A stretch of DNA of 64,000 nucleotides from assembly GCA_965277805.1 (NCBI GenBank), contig OZ255842.1, forward strand, positions 3,648,001-3,712,000, given 5' to 3'. The notes under the pieces were generated by a model, which was not told where the DNA came from, made no database searches, and saw only the letters and a program-made list of their open reading frames with translations. This DNA is from Candidatus Lustribacter sp. GTDB lineage: Bacteria > Vulcanimicrobiota > Vulcanimicrobiia > Vulcanimicrobiales > Vulcanimicrobiaceae. A program made the translations under genes and the position numbers. Positions 40,727 through 50,067 of the stretch are shown piece after piece. Numbering within the stretch: the first letter of the stretch is position 1; every line of letters begins with the position of its first letter.

Positions 40727-42058
40727 ATGAGGGTTTCCGTTATCGGTCTTGGCAAACTCGGCGCGCCCATGGCGGCGGTCTTTGCGGCAAAGGGGCACGA
40801 CGTGATCGGCCTCGACATCAACCCCGCTTTCGTTTCCGCCCTCGGAGCGGGGAAGGCGCCGGTCGAAGAGCCGCGGCTGCAAGAGATGATTGACGCGGGC
40901 CGTGCCCGCCTCAGCGCCACGCTCGACCACGACGAGCTGATCGCCAAAAGCGACATCACTTTTATCATTGTGCCGACTCCGAGCGGGCCGGACGGGGCCT
41001 TCACAAACGACTACGTGATCGCAGCCCTGGAAAGGCTTGGTGCAGCACTTCGACGGAAGTCGCTGTATCACGTATTGGTCGTGACCTCGACCGTTATGCC
41101 CGGATCGATGGACGGTCCGATTCGCGAGGCGCTCGAGCGCGCTTCCGGCCGCCGCGTCGGCGAAGACATTGGGCTTTGCTATAACCCGGAGTTCATCGCA
41201 CTGGGCAGCGTTGTCAACAATATGCTCGAGCCCGACTTCCTCCTAATCGGGGAGAGCGATGAGCGGGCCGGCACCCTGTGCGCTTCTGTTTATGAAACGG
41301 TCTGCCCCAATCATCCGTCCGCGAGGCGCATGAATTTCGTCAACGCCGAACTCTCGAAAATCTCCGTCAATACATTTGTAACTACGAAAATCTCGTACGC
41401 CAACATGCTGGCCGATATTTGTGACCGCTTGCCGGGTGCCGATGCCGATGTTGTCGCGGCCGCAGTTGGTTCTGATAGCCGCATCGGCCGCAAATACTTA
41501 CGCGGAGCCGTCGGTTACGGTGGTCCGTGCTTTCCACGCGACAATATCGCGTTCGGCGTCCTGGCTGACCGGCTCGGCGCGCACGCCGATATTGCGCGGG
41601 CAACGGACTCGATCAACCGTTACCAAATCGATCGCCTTTCGAGTGCCGTGAAATCGCGGGTTTCTAAAGGGGCACGCGTCGCTATACTCGGGATGTCGTA
41701 CAAACAAGACACCGGCGTTATCGAAGAAAGCCAGGGTGTAATGCTCGCGCGTCGTCTTAGCGACGAGGGGTACGCCGTAACGATTCACGATCCGGCGGCG
41801 CTGTCCGCAGCGGCACAAGAGCTGGGCGACGGCGTTTCGCAAGCGACGTCCGCGCTTGAAGCCGTGAAGGATGCCGATCTTGCGGTGATTGTGACACCAT
41901 GGCCGGAATATGCGGAATTGCAAAGCGCCGCACTACCGCGCCGGCTTACCGTGATCGATTGTTGGCGGCAACTACCTCGCGGTCCGGTCGGTGATTTTCT
42001 CGACGTTGCCTGGCTCGGCTACGGCAATCACGAGACGATATCTTCGGCTTCTGCCTAG
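40727..42058 (+). CDS. UDP-glucose/GDP-mannose dehydrogenase family protein
   Basis: VIGLGKLG, VPTP, STVMPG, YNPEF, KISYAN and GYGGPCFPRD motifs. Confidence 0.92.
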   Translation: MRVSVIGLGKLGAPMAAVFAAKGHDVIGLDINPAFVSALGAGKAPVEEPRLQEMIDAGRARLSATLDHDELIAKSDITFIIVPTPSGPDGAFTNDYVIAALERLGAALRRKSLYHVLVVTSTVMPGSMDGPIREALERASGRRVGEDIGLCYNPEFIALGSVVNNMLEPDFLLIGESDERAGTLCASVYETVCPNHPSARRMNFVNAELSKISVNTFVTTKISYANMLADICDRLPGADADVVAAAVGSDSRIGRKYLRGAVGYGGPCFPRDNIAFGVLADRLGAHADIARATDSINRYQIDRLSSAVKSRVSKGARVAILGMSYKQDTGVIEESQGVMLARRLSDEGYAVTIHDPAALSAAAQELGDGVSQATSALEAVKDADLAVIVTPWPEYAELQSAALPRRLTVIDCWRQLPRGPVGDFLDVAWLGYGNHETISSASA

Positions 42059-45000
42059 CCCGCAGTGAACCGGCGAACGCGTACCGCCGTAAGCCGAACC
42101 TTAGGCTTGTTCGCTCCCCACATACGGAATTCAAGTAGCCCTGGTTCGACGTTCGGTGTTTCGCTAGCAACTTCGAATTCTAACGTGCTGCTAAACGTGC
42201 GGCGACGTTTTCCGAGGAAACGTTCGAAACGGCGTCCGGTCCATAGCAGATCCCGCGCGGTGTGCTCAGCCAGGATTACGCTGCCTTGTTTAGTCGCGAC
42301 ATCGAAGGTCACAGCCGCGTTCCGCTCGGCTCGCTCGGCCGCCACTTCGAACTCAGCCTCGTAGCGCCCAGAGGGCAAGGAAATGTATGGGCCGTGCGCG
42401 ATCGCGCCATCGCCATCCGGAACCGCCTCGATCCCGCCGGCAACCCGTCGGCCGTTGGGCCCGACTCGCAACCACCAGAGAAGATTTTCTACACCGACGG
42501 GATCGGTGTCCGGCCGCGAGAGAGACTGCGATGCATCGATTCTGCGTAACTCTATCGCCGCAACTTCAAACGCGCCCACACCCGCCGACAAAACCCGAAA
42601 CTCGAGCAAACCGGTCTCGATAGGCGGCGCGTCGCCGACAATTTCAAACGTAAGTGCAATCCGGGCGCTTTTGCCGCGGCCGAGCACGTCTTTTGGCTCA
42701 AGGACGTGTCCGGCGATGAGGTCGCGACCAAGTCCGCTCGCAACCTCCATTCGAACATCGTTGACTAGTCGCGTTACATTGTCTGCCCGGATCTCAAACG
42801 TTACTTCAAATACCCCGGGCAGGAGCCATAGGTAGGGTCCTTGCGCGACCACGCCCGAAACGTTCTCGAGCGAGACAATTGATTGCGCCACGCGCGTGCC
42901 CGCGGGTCCGGCTTGCGAAAGCCACAGGGCGTCTTGCGCGGGTCCTCCGAGAGAACTTGGTCGACCCAGATGACGAGCTAGCGCCTCGCGAGCGGGATCG
43001 AGTCGGCCGTCAAACAACCGGCCCATGATCGGCTCTGCAGGGCCCGCATCTCCAGTACGCCGTACGTCAAGACCAACTACGGCAAACTCAGCGCCTTCCG
43101 ACCAGATGCGGCATTCCAATAGGCCGTCACGAAACATACCGCCGGCCGCTGGAATGTCGAACTGCAACAAGCCGTTGCTGGGCACCCAAGCACCATGACT
43201 ACTGCTTAGCGCTTCATAACAATCGATGATCTGTTCGGCGTAGAGGTCTTCACCGAACCGGGCAACGACTTCGATCCGCGCCACGACACCGCCCCGCTGA
43301 GACGAGACCCGTGAATAAATTGAGAATGTCGCCTCGTAATGTCCGGGCATTAACCAAACGTGGGGACCGTACGCTACGAAGTCCGCAATGCCCGGCTTTG
43401 AGTAGATGATCGGGGCTCCGACATCCGTAACGTTCTTCGCGCTACCCGGCAGTGCGCCGTAGGTGCCCGCTCTGCCAACCGTTAGCAGCGGCAGAAAATC
43501 GAACGTTGCAGGCAATTCATTTAGTGCCGAGACCGTAGGCCGCTCCAGTACGGCACGTTGGATTGTAATGTCTGACCAACCGACCGTCCGGAAGCGAAAC
43601 TCCGTTTCCGGCCAGCCCATCGCGTCGCCCATAGCAGACGGAATATTGAACTCAAAAATAAACTCGCGCCGTACCACCTCGTTGATGGTGATAGCCCGGC
43701 TTCCGAGTAGGTTCGAACTCGAAATGGCCTCGATAACGAGGCCCGATGTTCCGGGACTCCCGGCGGCTGAGATTTCCGCGTCGAACTCTACTCTTAAATT
43801 ATAGCTACCGCTGTCGAGCAATAGGTATGGGCCGTAGAAAATACACCCGGCTTCCCCATTCTTGGCAACGATGCAGCCTCCAACTTTACGTCCAACATCG
43901 CCGCAATTGAGGGCGGGCAAGAGCTCTTGCAGCTCAAGGAGATTGTTGACGTAACCTTGCCGCATTCGGGTTGCAATTGGAGTGCGCGCCGCCCCGACCA
44001 AGTCGTGAAACGGTCGCTCTGCGTCGTTTGCAACCGCATTAATGCCAATGAAACGACGAGGGTGACAATCTTCCGAGAGTCGCCTGCGCTCTTCGCGAAC
44101 GGCAATCCGTAGGGCTATTGAAACGCCTCTGATCTGCTTGCTGGCGTTGAAATCCCATTCCTTCGGCCAGGCCGTTTCCGGGCGACCCCAATCAAACAGC
44201 AAAACGTCCGATTCCGCGATCGCGCGCTCTTCCGGAGACCAAATGCAGCCCTCCGGCAATTCCGGACCTAGCCATGACATCGCGGAACCGACGAGAATAT
44301 CCGACGTAAATCCCAATGCGCGCCACACTTGGGCAAATCGTTCGAGCAGCGTTCGTTTGCTGCCGAACCACGCAAGAACGGTGTGGCGCGGACTACTCGC
44401 GAACGCGTCGGCCAAAAACGGCAGCACGTGATCGACGCTATAATCGATGAGATTGTGGTTTTCGCGCGCATAGAACACCCGGGGTGCCTTCCCGGCGAGT
44501 GGTAAAGGAGTGGTGGCCGCCAGCGCATCGATATACGAGCGACTAGTAGAATTGACGCTGACTTCCTCAATGTTCTGTCCAGCTAGTCCCCATGTCTCTG
44601 CCTGCTCCGAGACGCCGGCTGTGGTTACGTCGTCGAAAAAGACCCGGAGATCATTTTCTACTGCCCGGTGGCGGTGAGCAGGCGTTACTTGCCGCGTATG
44701 GTCGCAATGGTAGCCGAGTACGTCGTCCAAAATATCGCCGGCGACGCGCGGCAAAAGCGAAATCCGCTTCGCCAAGTTCGAATCGACATGCCAGCCAAGT
44801 AGCATCGCTTCGTGGAACCCGTGCATTGCCCACAAGTCGGACCTTAAGACCAGTTGGAAGTCACCAGGCGCGTCATAGTGCACCGTGGGGTCGCCGCCGA
44901 CGACGATCTCATTGAGGTGGAACTCACGGCCCCACCGACCGAAGGCCTCGATCGTGCCTTTTGGATCGAGACGATCTGCACTTTCCCAAAGTGTTTCCGG

Positions 45001-45438
45001 GACTTCGAATCTCGGTAGCGGGTAAAACGCATCCGGCAACCGGCTGACAACTTCCGAGAGCGTCTCACCGCGTTGAGGGACAAATACCATGTCCGTATTC
45101 GTCGAGAGAATCCACCGATTAGCCGGGTTCGATCGCCGCAGCGCCACGTTGCGAGCGATCGGCTCAAGGGCCACGAGTCGCGTCAGGTGCCGAAAGGGCT
45201 CATGCTGGCTCGGGCGCACGCGCAGGATACGCAGAACCTTCTTCGCCTGACCCGTTAGTGTGTCTTGAATAGCCTCGGGAAACGTTGGAAAGTCGTCGGG
45301 CGTGTTGTAGTCGACGAAGAGAATTTCGTCATCAGGAGAGGTGAGCATCTCCGCCATGCAATTTAAGCTTATCGCTGCGCGCTTGTGCAGGTTGTATCCG
45401 TAACTATCGTTACGGCCGTACAAGATGAGCGAGAGCAT
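42055..45438 (-). CDS. Large protein: N-terminal GT-A-like domain plus four tandem beta-sandwich repeats
   Basis: LSLILYGRND, ILFVDYN, ARNVALRR, STNTD, GDFQL and GWHVDS resemble a GT2-type fold; four GP[YH]..L..G.[YF]...F repeats follow. TAATG overlap with the wzt stop. Confidence 0.6.
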   Translation of the reverse strand: MLSLILYGRNDSYGYNLHKRAAISLNCMAEMLTSPDDEILFVDYNTPDDFPTFPEAIQDTLTGQAKKVLRILRVRPSQHEPFRHLTRLVALEPIARNVALRRSNPANRWILSTNTDMVFVPQRGETLSEVVSRLPDAFYPLPRFEVPETLWESADRLDPKGTIEAFGRWGREFHLNEIVVGGDPTVHYDAPGDFQLVLRSDLWAMHGFHEAMLLGWHVDSNLAKRISLLPRVAGDILDDVLGYHCDHTRQVTPAHRHRAVENDLRVFFDDVTTAGVSEQAETWGLAGQNIEEVSVNSTSRSYIDALAATTPLPLAGKAPRVFYARENHNLIDYSVDHVLPFLADAFASSPRHTVLAWFGSKRTLLERFAQVWRALGFTSDILVGSAMSWLGPELPEGCIWSPEERAIAESDVLLFDWGRPETAWPKEWDFNASKQIRGVSIALRIAVREERRRLSEDCHPRRFIGINAVANDAERPFHDLVGAARTPIATRMRQGYVNNLLELQELLPALNCGDVGRKVGGCIVAKNGEAGCIFYGPYLLLDSGSYNLRVEFDAEISAAGSPGTSGLVIEAISSSNLLGSRAITINEVVRREFIFEFNIPSAMGDAMGWPETEFRFRTVGWSDITIQRAVLERPTVSALNELPATFDFLPLLTVGRAGTYGALPGSAKNVTDVGAPIIYSKPGIADFVAYGPHVWLMPGHYEATFSIYSRVSSQRGGVVARIEVVARFGEDLYAEQIIDCYEALSSSHGAWVPSNGLLQFDIPAAGGMFRDGLLECRIWSEGAEFAVVGLDVRRTGDAGPAEPIMGRLFDGRLDPAREALARHLGRPSSLGGPAQDALWLSQAGPAGTRVAQSIVSLENVSGVVAQGPYLWLLPGVFEVTFEIRADNVTRLVNDVRMEVASGLGRDLIAGHVLEPKDVLGRGKSARIALTFEIVGDAPPIETGLLEFRVLSAGVGAFEVAAIELRRIDASQSLSRPDTDPVGVENLLWWLRVGPNGRRVAGGIEAVPDGDGAIAHGPYISLPSGRYEAEFEVAAERAERNAAVTFDVATKQGSVILAEHTARDLLWTGRRFERFLGKRRRTFSSTLEFEVASETPNVEPGLLEFRMWGANKPKVRLTAVRVRRFTAG

Positions 45439-46424
45439 TACAGGGAGACTGCGCTACTCAAAAGCTCTATCGGCTGTCCTTCCGGAATGCTCTCGAGCGC
45501 ATCGTCATCAAAGAGCAGAGCTTCCTTAAGTTCGAGTTTGTGCAGCGCGAGAAATTCCTGGTCGCGCAGCAATCGACGCTGACCATCGACCAAAGCATAG
45601 ACCAGGCCCGCGTGCGGCGAATTGGCCTCGTGCGAACCGAGCAGCAGGACGGGCGAGCCGTGCTCGAGCGAACGCCGATCAGCTTCAACACTGAGCCTAT
45701 AACGCAGCACGGCCTGAGGCGCCGGCCCATCGAACTTGAGCGCACCCTTTTCGAGCCATATCCCGCGATCGCACTGACGGCTAATAAAGTCGAGGTCGTG
45801 TGAAACGACGATGATCGTCGTGTGCTCGTCCCACAGCGCATCGATGCGCTCTTGACACTTTCGCTTGAACGACTCATCGCCGACAGCAAGCACTTCGTCG
45901 AGGATAAGGATGTCCGGCCGGAACTCCGTCGCGATCGCAAAGCCGAGGCGCGCGACCATGCCCGATGATAACGTTTTTACCGGCTCGGTACGGTGCTCTT
46001 GAAGTTCCGCAAAATCAAGAATAGCATCGAGATGGGCAAGCATTCGTTTGCGCTCGATCCCGAGTAAAAGGCCGTAGTAAATGACGTTGTCGATCAGCGA
46101 GAGCTCGGGGTCGAAACCCGCACCGAGTTCGATCAGCGGGGCAATGCCGCCGACTACGGCTACGGTTCCAGTCGTGGGACGAAGTATTCCGCAGATCACT
46201 TTGAGCAGGGTTGATTTTCCCGACCCATTCGGACCAACGATGCCAATCTTCTCGCCGCCTCGCACCGTCAGGCTCATATTCTCGAGCACCTGACGACGAT
46301 TCGGGGCGCGAAACTTCATCTTTAGCAAATTAAAGATGAAGCGCTTAAAATCGTAGTGAAACTCTTCTTGCGTCCGTCGCCACAGCGTGACGTTCTGAAC
46401 GAGAATTGCCGGGTCGTCGGTCAC
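45438..46424 (-). CDS. wzt: Polysaccharide ABC transporter ATP-binding subunit
   Basis: GPNGSGKST, LIELGAGFDPELS, LSSGMVARLGFA, LDEVLAVGD and VSHD motifs; GTG start overlapping the wzm stop. Confidence 0.92.
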   Translation of the reverse strand: MTDDPAILVQNVTLWRRTQEEFHYDFKRFIFNLLKMKFRAPNRRQVLENMSLTVRGGEKIGIVGPNGSGKSTLLKVICGILRPTTGTVAVVGGIAPLIELGAGFDPELSLIDNVIYYGLLLGIERKRMLAHLDAILDFAELQEHRTEPVKTLSSGMVARLGFAIATEFRPDILILDEVLAVGDESFKRKCQERIDALWDEHTTIIVVSHDLDFISRQCDRGIWLEKGALKFDGPAPQAVLRYRLSVEADRRSLEHGSPVLLLGSHEANSPHAGLVYALVDGQRRLLRDQEFLALHKLELKEALLFDDDALESIPEGQPIELLSSAVSL

Positions 46425-47251
46425 AGCAGATCCATCGCCTGTTTCTGCACGGAAACAAAAATTGCGCCGCCGGCAACTGCTGTGACGACGGCGATTAAGA
46501 ACGTAAGCGCGAAAGAATGCCACTGCGTGTGTATCGGGCCGCGATAGAATGCAATCTGTCGAAGGTCGTTAACAATCGCTGCGATGGGGTTGAGGTCGAT
46601 CAAAGCCCGAAATTTCGCGGGTACGATTTCTTCCGGATAGAAAATCGGACTCGTCATCCAGCACACGAAAACAACCAGGTCCCAGATATACGGCAAGTCA
46701 CGAAAGAACACGAAGAGCGCCGACACTGCAAGCGAAGCTCCCACCGTGACGAGAAGTAGCGAGATCGCCGGCACGATGAGTAAGATGACGCGTTCGATGC
46801 TATGGCTGGACAAAGCCGTCACGATCACCAGCACGGGTAAAACACCAACCAGAAATTGGAACAAGTTCGCAACGACGACCGAGACCGGAAAGACGCTGAG
46901 CGGAATCCGAATCTTGTTTACGAGCGACCCGTTCGAAACCACCGACTGGAGCGCCTGACCCGTTGCTTGCGAGAAGAACGTGACGACGACGAGCCCCATG
47001 AACACAGCTAGGATGTAGTTGATGATGGAGCCGTCATAGTATTTCGCGAACGCCGTCCCGAAGATGATCGCGTACACGACGGTCATGATAAGCGGGTTAG
47101 AAAGCGACCAAAATACGCCCAGGACCGAGCCCCGGTAGCGGCCCTTGATATTGCGCTCGGCGATCGTCGTTACCAGCTCGAAGTAACGTCGAATATCTGG
47201 TCCGCCGATTGCGGAATTCAAGAGTGATTTTGGCGAACGAGCTGAAAGCAT
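46421..47251 (-). CDS. wzm: Polysaccharide ABC transporter permease
   Basis: KGRYRGSVLGVFWSLSNP, LVNKIRIP, FFRD, SPIFYP and LNP motifs. Confidence 0.92.
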   Translation of the reverse strand: MLSARSPKSLLNSAIGGPDIRRYFELVTTIAERNIKGRYRGSVLGVFWSLSNPLIMTVVYAIIFGTAFAKYYDGSIINYILAVFMGLVVVTFFSQATGQALQSVVSNGSLVNKIRIPLSVFPVSVVVANLFQFLVGVLPVLVIVTALSSHSIERVILLIVPAISLLLVTVGASLAVSALFVFFRDLPYIWDLVVFVCWMTSPIFYPEEIVPAKFRALIDLNPIAAIVNDLRQIAFYRGPIHTQWHSFALTFLIAVVTAVAGGAIFVSVQKQAMDLL

Positions 47252-47341
47252 GAAACAGGGGGCGATTCGGGGGTCAAACGGCCCGTCCCCCCTCCTGGGA
47301 GGGCCGTGGGAGCGCCCCGACGTAACGCGATGACGGCCTCC

Positions 47342-47797
47342 ATGATCAAACCAAACAATCCGTTAGTCGATGCGGAAGCACTGATGCTTCGAGTGCGCGA
47401 AGGAGCCGCGCGCCTTCGCTCGGGAAACGAACTCGATGATGCGCGGCTGAAGCGCTGGAACGCCGCCACGAACCGGCTTCCCGAGATCATCGATCGCCAA
47501 AATGCGATCATCGTACACTTGGCCCTCGCCGAAAATCGCAATCAGCCGCGAACGCAGGTTCCAGGGCGCCTTGCCAAGCTTCGCACCTTCGGTGATGCGC
47601 CGCTTCGATTGATGTTGCGGATCGTGAATTATCTGTTTAAGCAACAACGCGAGGTCGACGCCGCTCAGAACGTCGCGCTGCGTGAGATGTCGGCACTCAT
47701 TGTGGCTGCCGCCCAAGACCTGAACGATATCAATAAACGTCTCTCCGATATAACCGAGCGCTTGGAACGGCAGCAAAGCGACACCGATAAGACGTGA
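47342..47797 (+). CDS. Hypothetical coiled-coil protein
   Basis: MIKPNNPLVDAEALM N-terminus and helical C-terminus; paralog of 54617-55138; alternative start at ATG 47330. Confidence 0.65.
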   Translation: MIKPNNPLVDAEALMLRVREGAARLRSGNELDDARLKRWNAATNRLPEIIDRQNAIIVHLALAENRNQPRTQVPGRLAKLRTFGDAPLRLMLRIVNYLFKQQREVDAAQNVALREMSALIVAAAQDLNDINKRLSDITERLERQQSDTDKT

Positions 47798-50067
47798 TGC
47801 GACGCCGCATCGCGATCGTCACGCCATGGTACGGACCTGAGGCGACGGGCGGAGCGGAGACCCTCGCGCGCGAGTTAGCCAGCCATCTATCCGCGACCGA
47901 TGACGTGACGATCGTTACGACGACCGCGCGCTCCTTTCTCGCGAGTTGGAGTAAGGACTACTTCAAACCCGGCCGTACCAAAGACAATGGGTACGCCGTT
48001 CTCCGCTTTCGGCTCGGCGGCCGCGACGACGCGGCGTTCCATCGACTCAACGGCGAGCTCATGCAGATGCCTCGCTCGGAATGGCGCACACTGGGCCGGC
48101 TGCACCGGGACACGCAAGCGTTCGTTAACGAATCCATCAACTCGCCGCAGCTCGAGGCCTACCTCGCCGGCAAGGCAGCGGCAACGTACGATGCGGTCGT
48201 CTTCCTTCCTTACCTTTATGGCGTCGTCGTTCGCGGGATCGAAGCGTTTCCGGGTCGCGCTCATCTCCTACCGTGTTTGCACGACGAAATCTACGCGCGG
48301 CTGCCACGCGTCGAAGATGCCATACACCGGGCGGCAACGCTGCTCTTCAACAGCGAGGGCGAAGCCGAGCTCGCCTTGCGGATCTATGGCCCCGGCATTC
48401 TGCATAAGTCGCATGTCATCGGCACCGGCGTCGCGCTGCCGGTCAACGGCGCCGCCGCGAATGCAGTCAACGGACCGTACTTCTTGTTCCTCGGCCGGCG
48501 CGACGAAACCAAGGGGGTCGACTTTCTCGTCGATGCGTTTGGGCAATACCGGGAGCAACACTCGTCGCCGTATTCGCTGGTCCTCGCGGGTCCGGGCAAT
48601 GCGTCGTATCATGCGCCCGAGCGTGGAATCATCGATCTCGGATTCGTCGATGAGAAGACGAAACGCGCGCTGATTCGCAATACGCGCGGTTTGGCACAGC
48701 CGAGTCTCAATGAAAGTTACTCGCGCGTCATGATGGAGGCGTGGCGAGAACAGGTTCCCGTCGTCGCTCGTGCCCAGTGTCTGGCCACCGCTATCGCTGT
48801 GGAACGGTCGGGTGGTGGCATCGTTGCGGAAAGCGCGACGGACTGGGCGAACGCATTTCAACGGCTGGAAACGGCAAGCGCGGAAGAACTCGCCGAGTTC
48901 GGACGGCGGGGCTCGGCTTATGCCGCGCTTCATGCCGATTGGCCGCGCGTTATCGAACGCTTTCGCCTCGCAACGCATCTCGATGCCCCGGCACAATTGC
49001 CTCCGCGAGGAAAGCGCGTCGATCAGGTCATCGAATCGATGGCCTACGGCGACGCCATCTCCAACTATGCCGTCACCCTGCAGGCGCATCTCAAAACGCA
49101 AGGCCACGATGGAGCGATCTTCGCCCGCGAAATTCATGCGGGAGTTTTCGATGCTGCCAGACCGCTAGCGTCCGCGACGTTCAGTGCGTCGGAGACCTTG
49201 ATTTACCATCACTCGATCGCATTTAACGAGATCGACCGCATCCTCTCCGCACCGAGTCAGAAGGCGCTGATCTATCACAACATTACGCCGGCAGACTTTT
49301 TCCGCGACTACGACGCCGTGTTCGCCGACCATTTGGAGCGCGGGCGCGCGCAGCTCGCTCAAATTGCAGGCGCGTTCAGCACATGCGCGGCCGACTCCGC
49401 ATACAACGCTCACGAACTGCGCGAACTGGGCTTTAAGAACGTCAAGGTCGTCCCGGTGCCGGTGAACTTCGCCCGCTTCGACGTCACGCCGGCGGATCTA
49501 CCGCGGAGCGAAAAAGGCAACGGTGCGCGGTGGCTGTTCGTCGGACGCGTGTCTCCCAACAAAGGCTTGCGTCCGTTGCTCGAGGCGTTTGAAGCCTATG
49601 TGTGCATCGATCCGTTGGCGCGCTTGGTTATCGTCGGGGCATACAACCGGGGTGACCGCTATTTGCGAGAACTCGCAACGTACGTCGCCGACCGCAGCCT
49701 CGACGCACATGTGTTTTTTGCCGGCGTCGTCGACGAAGCGATGCTCACGGCCCACTATCGCAACGCGGACCTCTACGTTTGCATGAGCGAACACGAGGGC
49801 TTTTGCGTTCCCCTCGTCGAGGCGATGTTCTTCGATGTTCCGGTCATCGCGAGCGCGAACTCCGCCATCGTTGAGACGCTCGGGGATTCCGGTATTTTGG
49901 TCGATCCCGGTGCAGACCCCGTTGAGATCGCCTTGACGGCGCGCGAAATCTACACGGACCTCGACTTGCGGCGGCGGGTCATCGCGTCGCAGCGCGTCCG
50001 CCGCGCGGCGTTCTTGCCCGAGCGCATTCTGCCGATCGTCGATGCTTTCGTAGCGGATATCGCATGA
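47794..50067 (+). CDS. Two-domain GT4 glycosyltransferase
   Basis: VTPWYG..GGAE, PCLHDE, FLGR, PSLNESYS (domain 1); GDAISN, YHNITP, FVGRVSPNK, SEHEGFCVPLVEAM (domain 2). Confidence 0.92.
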   Translation: MMRRRIAIVTPWYGPEATGGAETLARELASHLSATDDVTIVTTTARSFLASWSKDYFKPGRTKDNGYAVLRFRLGGRDDAAFHRLNGELMQMPRSEWRTLGRLHRDTQAFVNESINSPQLEAYLAGKAAATYDAVVFLPYLYGVVVRGIEAFPGRAHLLPCLHDEIYARLPRVEDAIHRAATLLFNSEGEAELALRIYGPGILHKSHVIGTGVALPVNGAAANAVNGPYFLFLGRRDETKGVDFLVDAFGQYREQHSSPYSLVLAGPGNASYHAPERGIIDLGFVDEKTKRALIRNTRGLAQPSLNESYSRVMMEAWREQVPVVARAQCLATAIAVERSGGGIVAESATDWANAFQRLETASAEELAEFGRRGSAYAALHADWPRVIERFRLATHLDAPAQLPPRGKRVDQVIESMAYGDAISNYAVTLQAHLKTQGHDGAIFAREIHAGVFDAARPLASATFSASETLIYHHSIAFNEIDRILSAPSQKALIYHNITPADFFRDYDAVFADHLERGRAQLAQIAGAFSTCAADSAYNAHELRELGFKNVKVVPVPVNFARFDVTPADLPRSEKGNGARWLFVGRVSPNKGLRPLLEAFEAYVCIDPLARLVIVGAYNRGDRYLRELATYVADRSLDAHVFFAGVVDEAMLTAHYRNADLYVCMSEHEGFCVPLVEAMFFDVPVIASANSAIVETLGDSGILVDPGADPVEIALTAREIYTDLDLRRRVIASQRVRRAAFLPERILPIVDAFVADIA

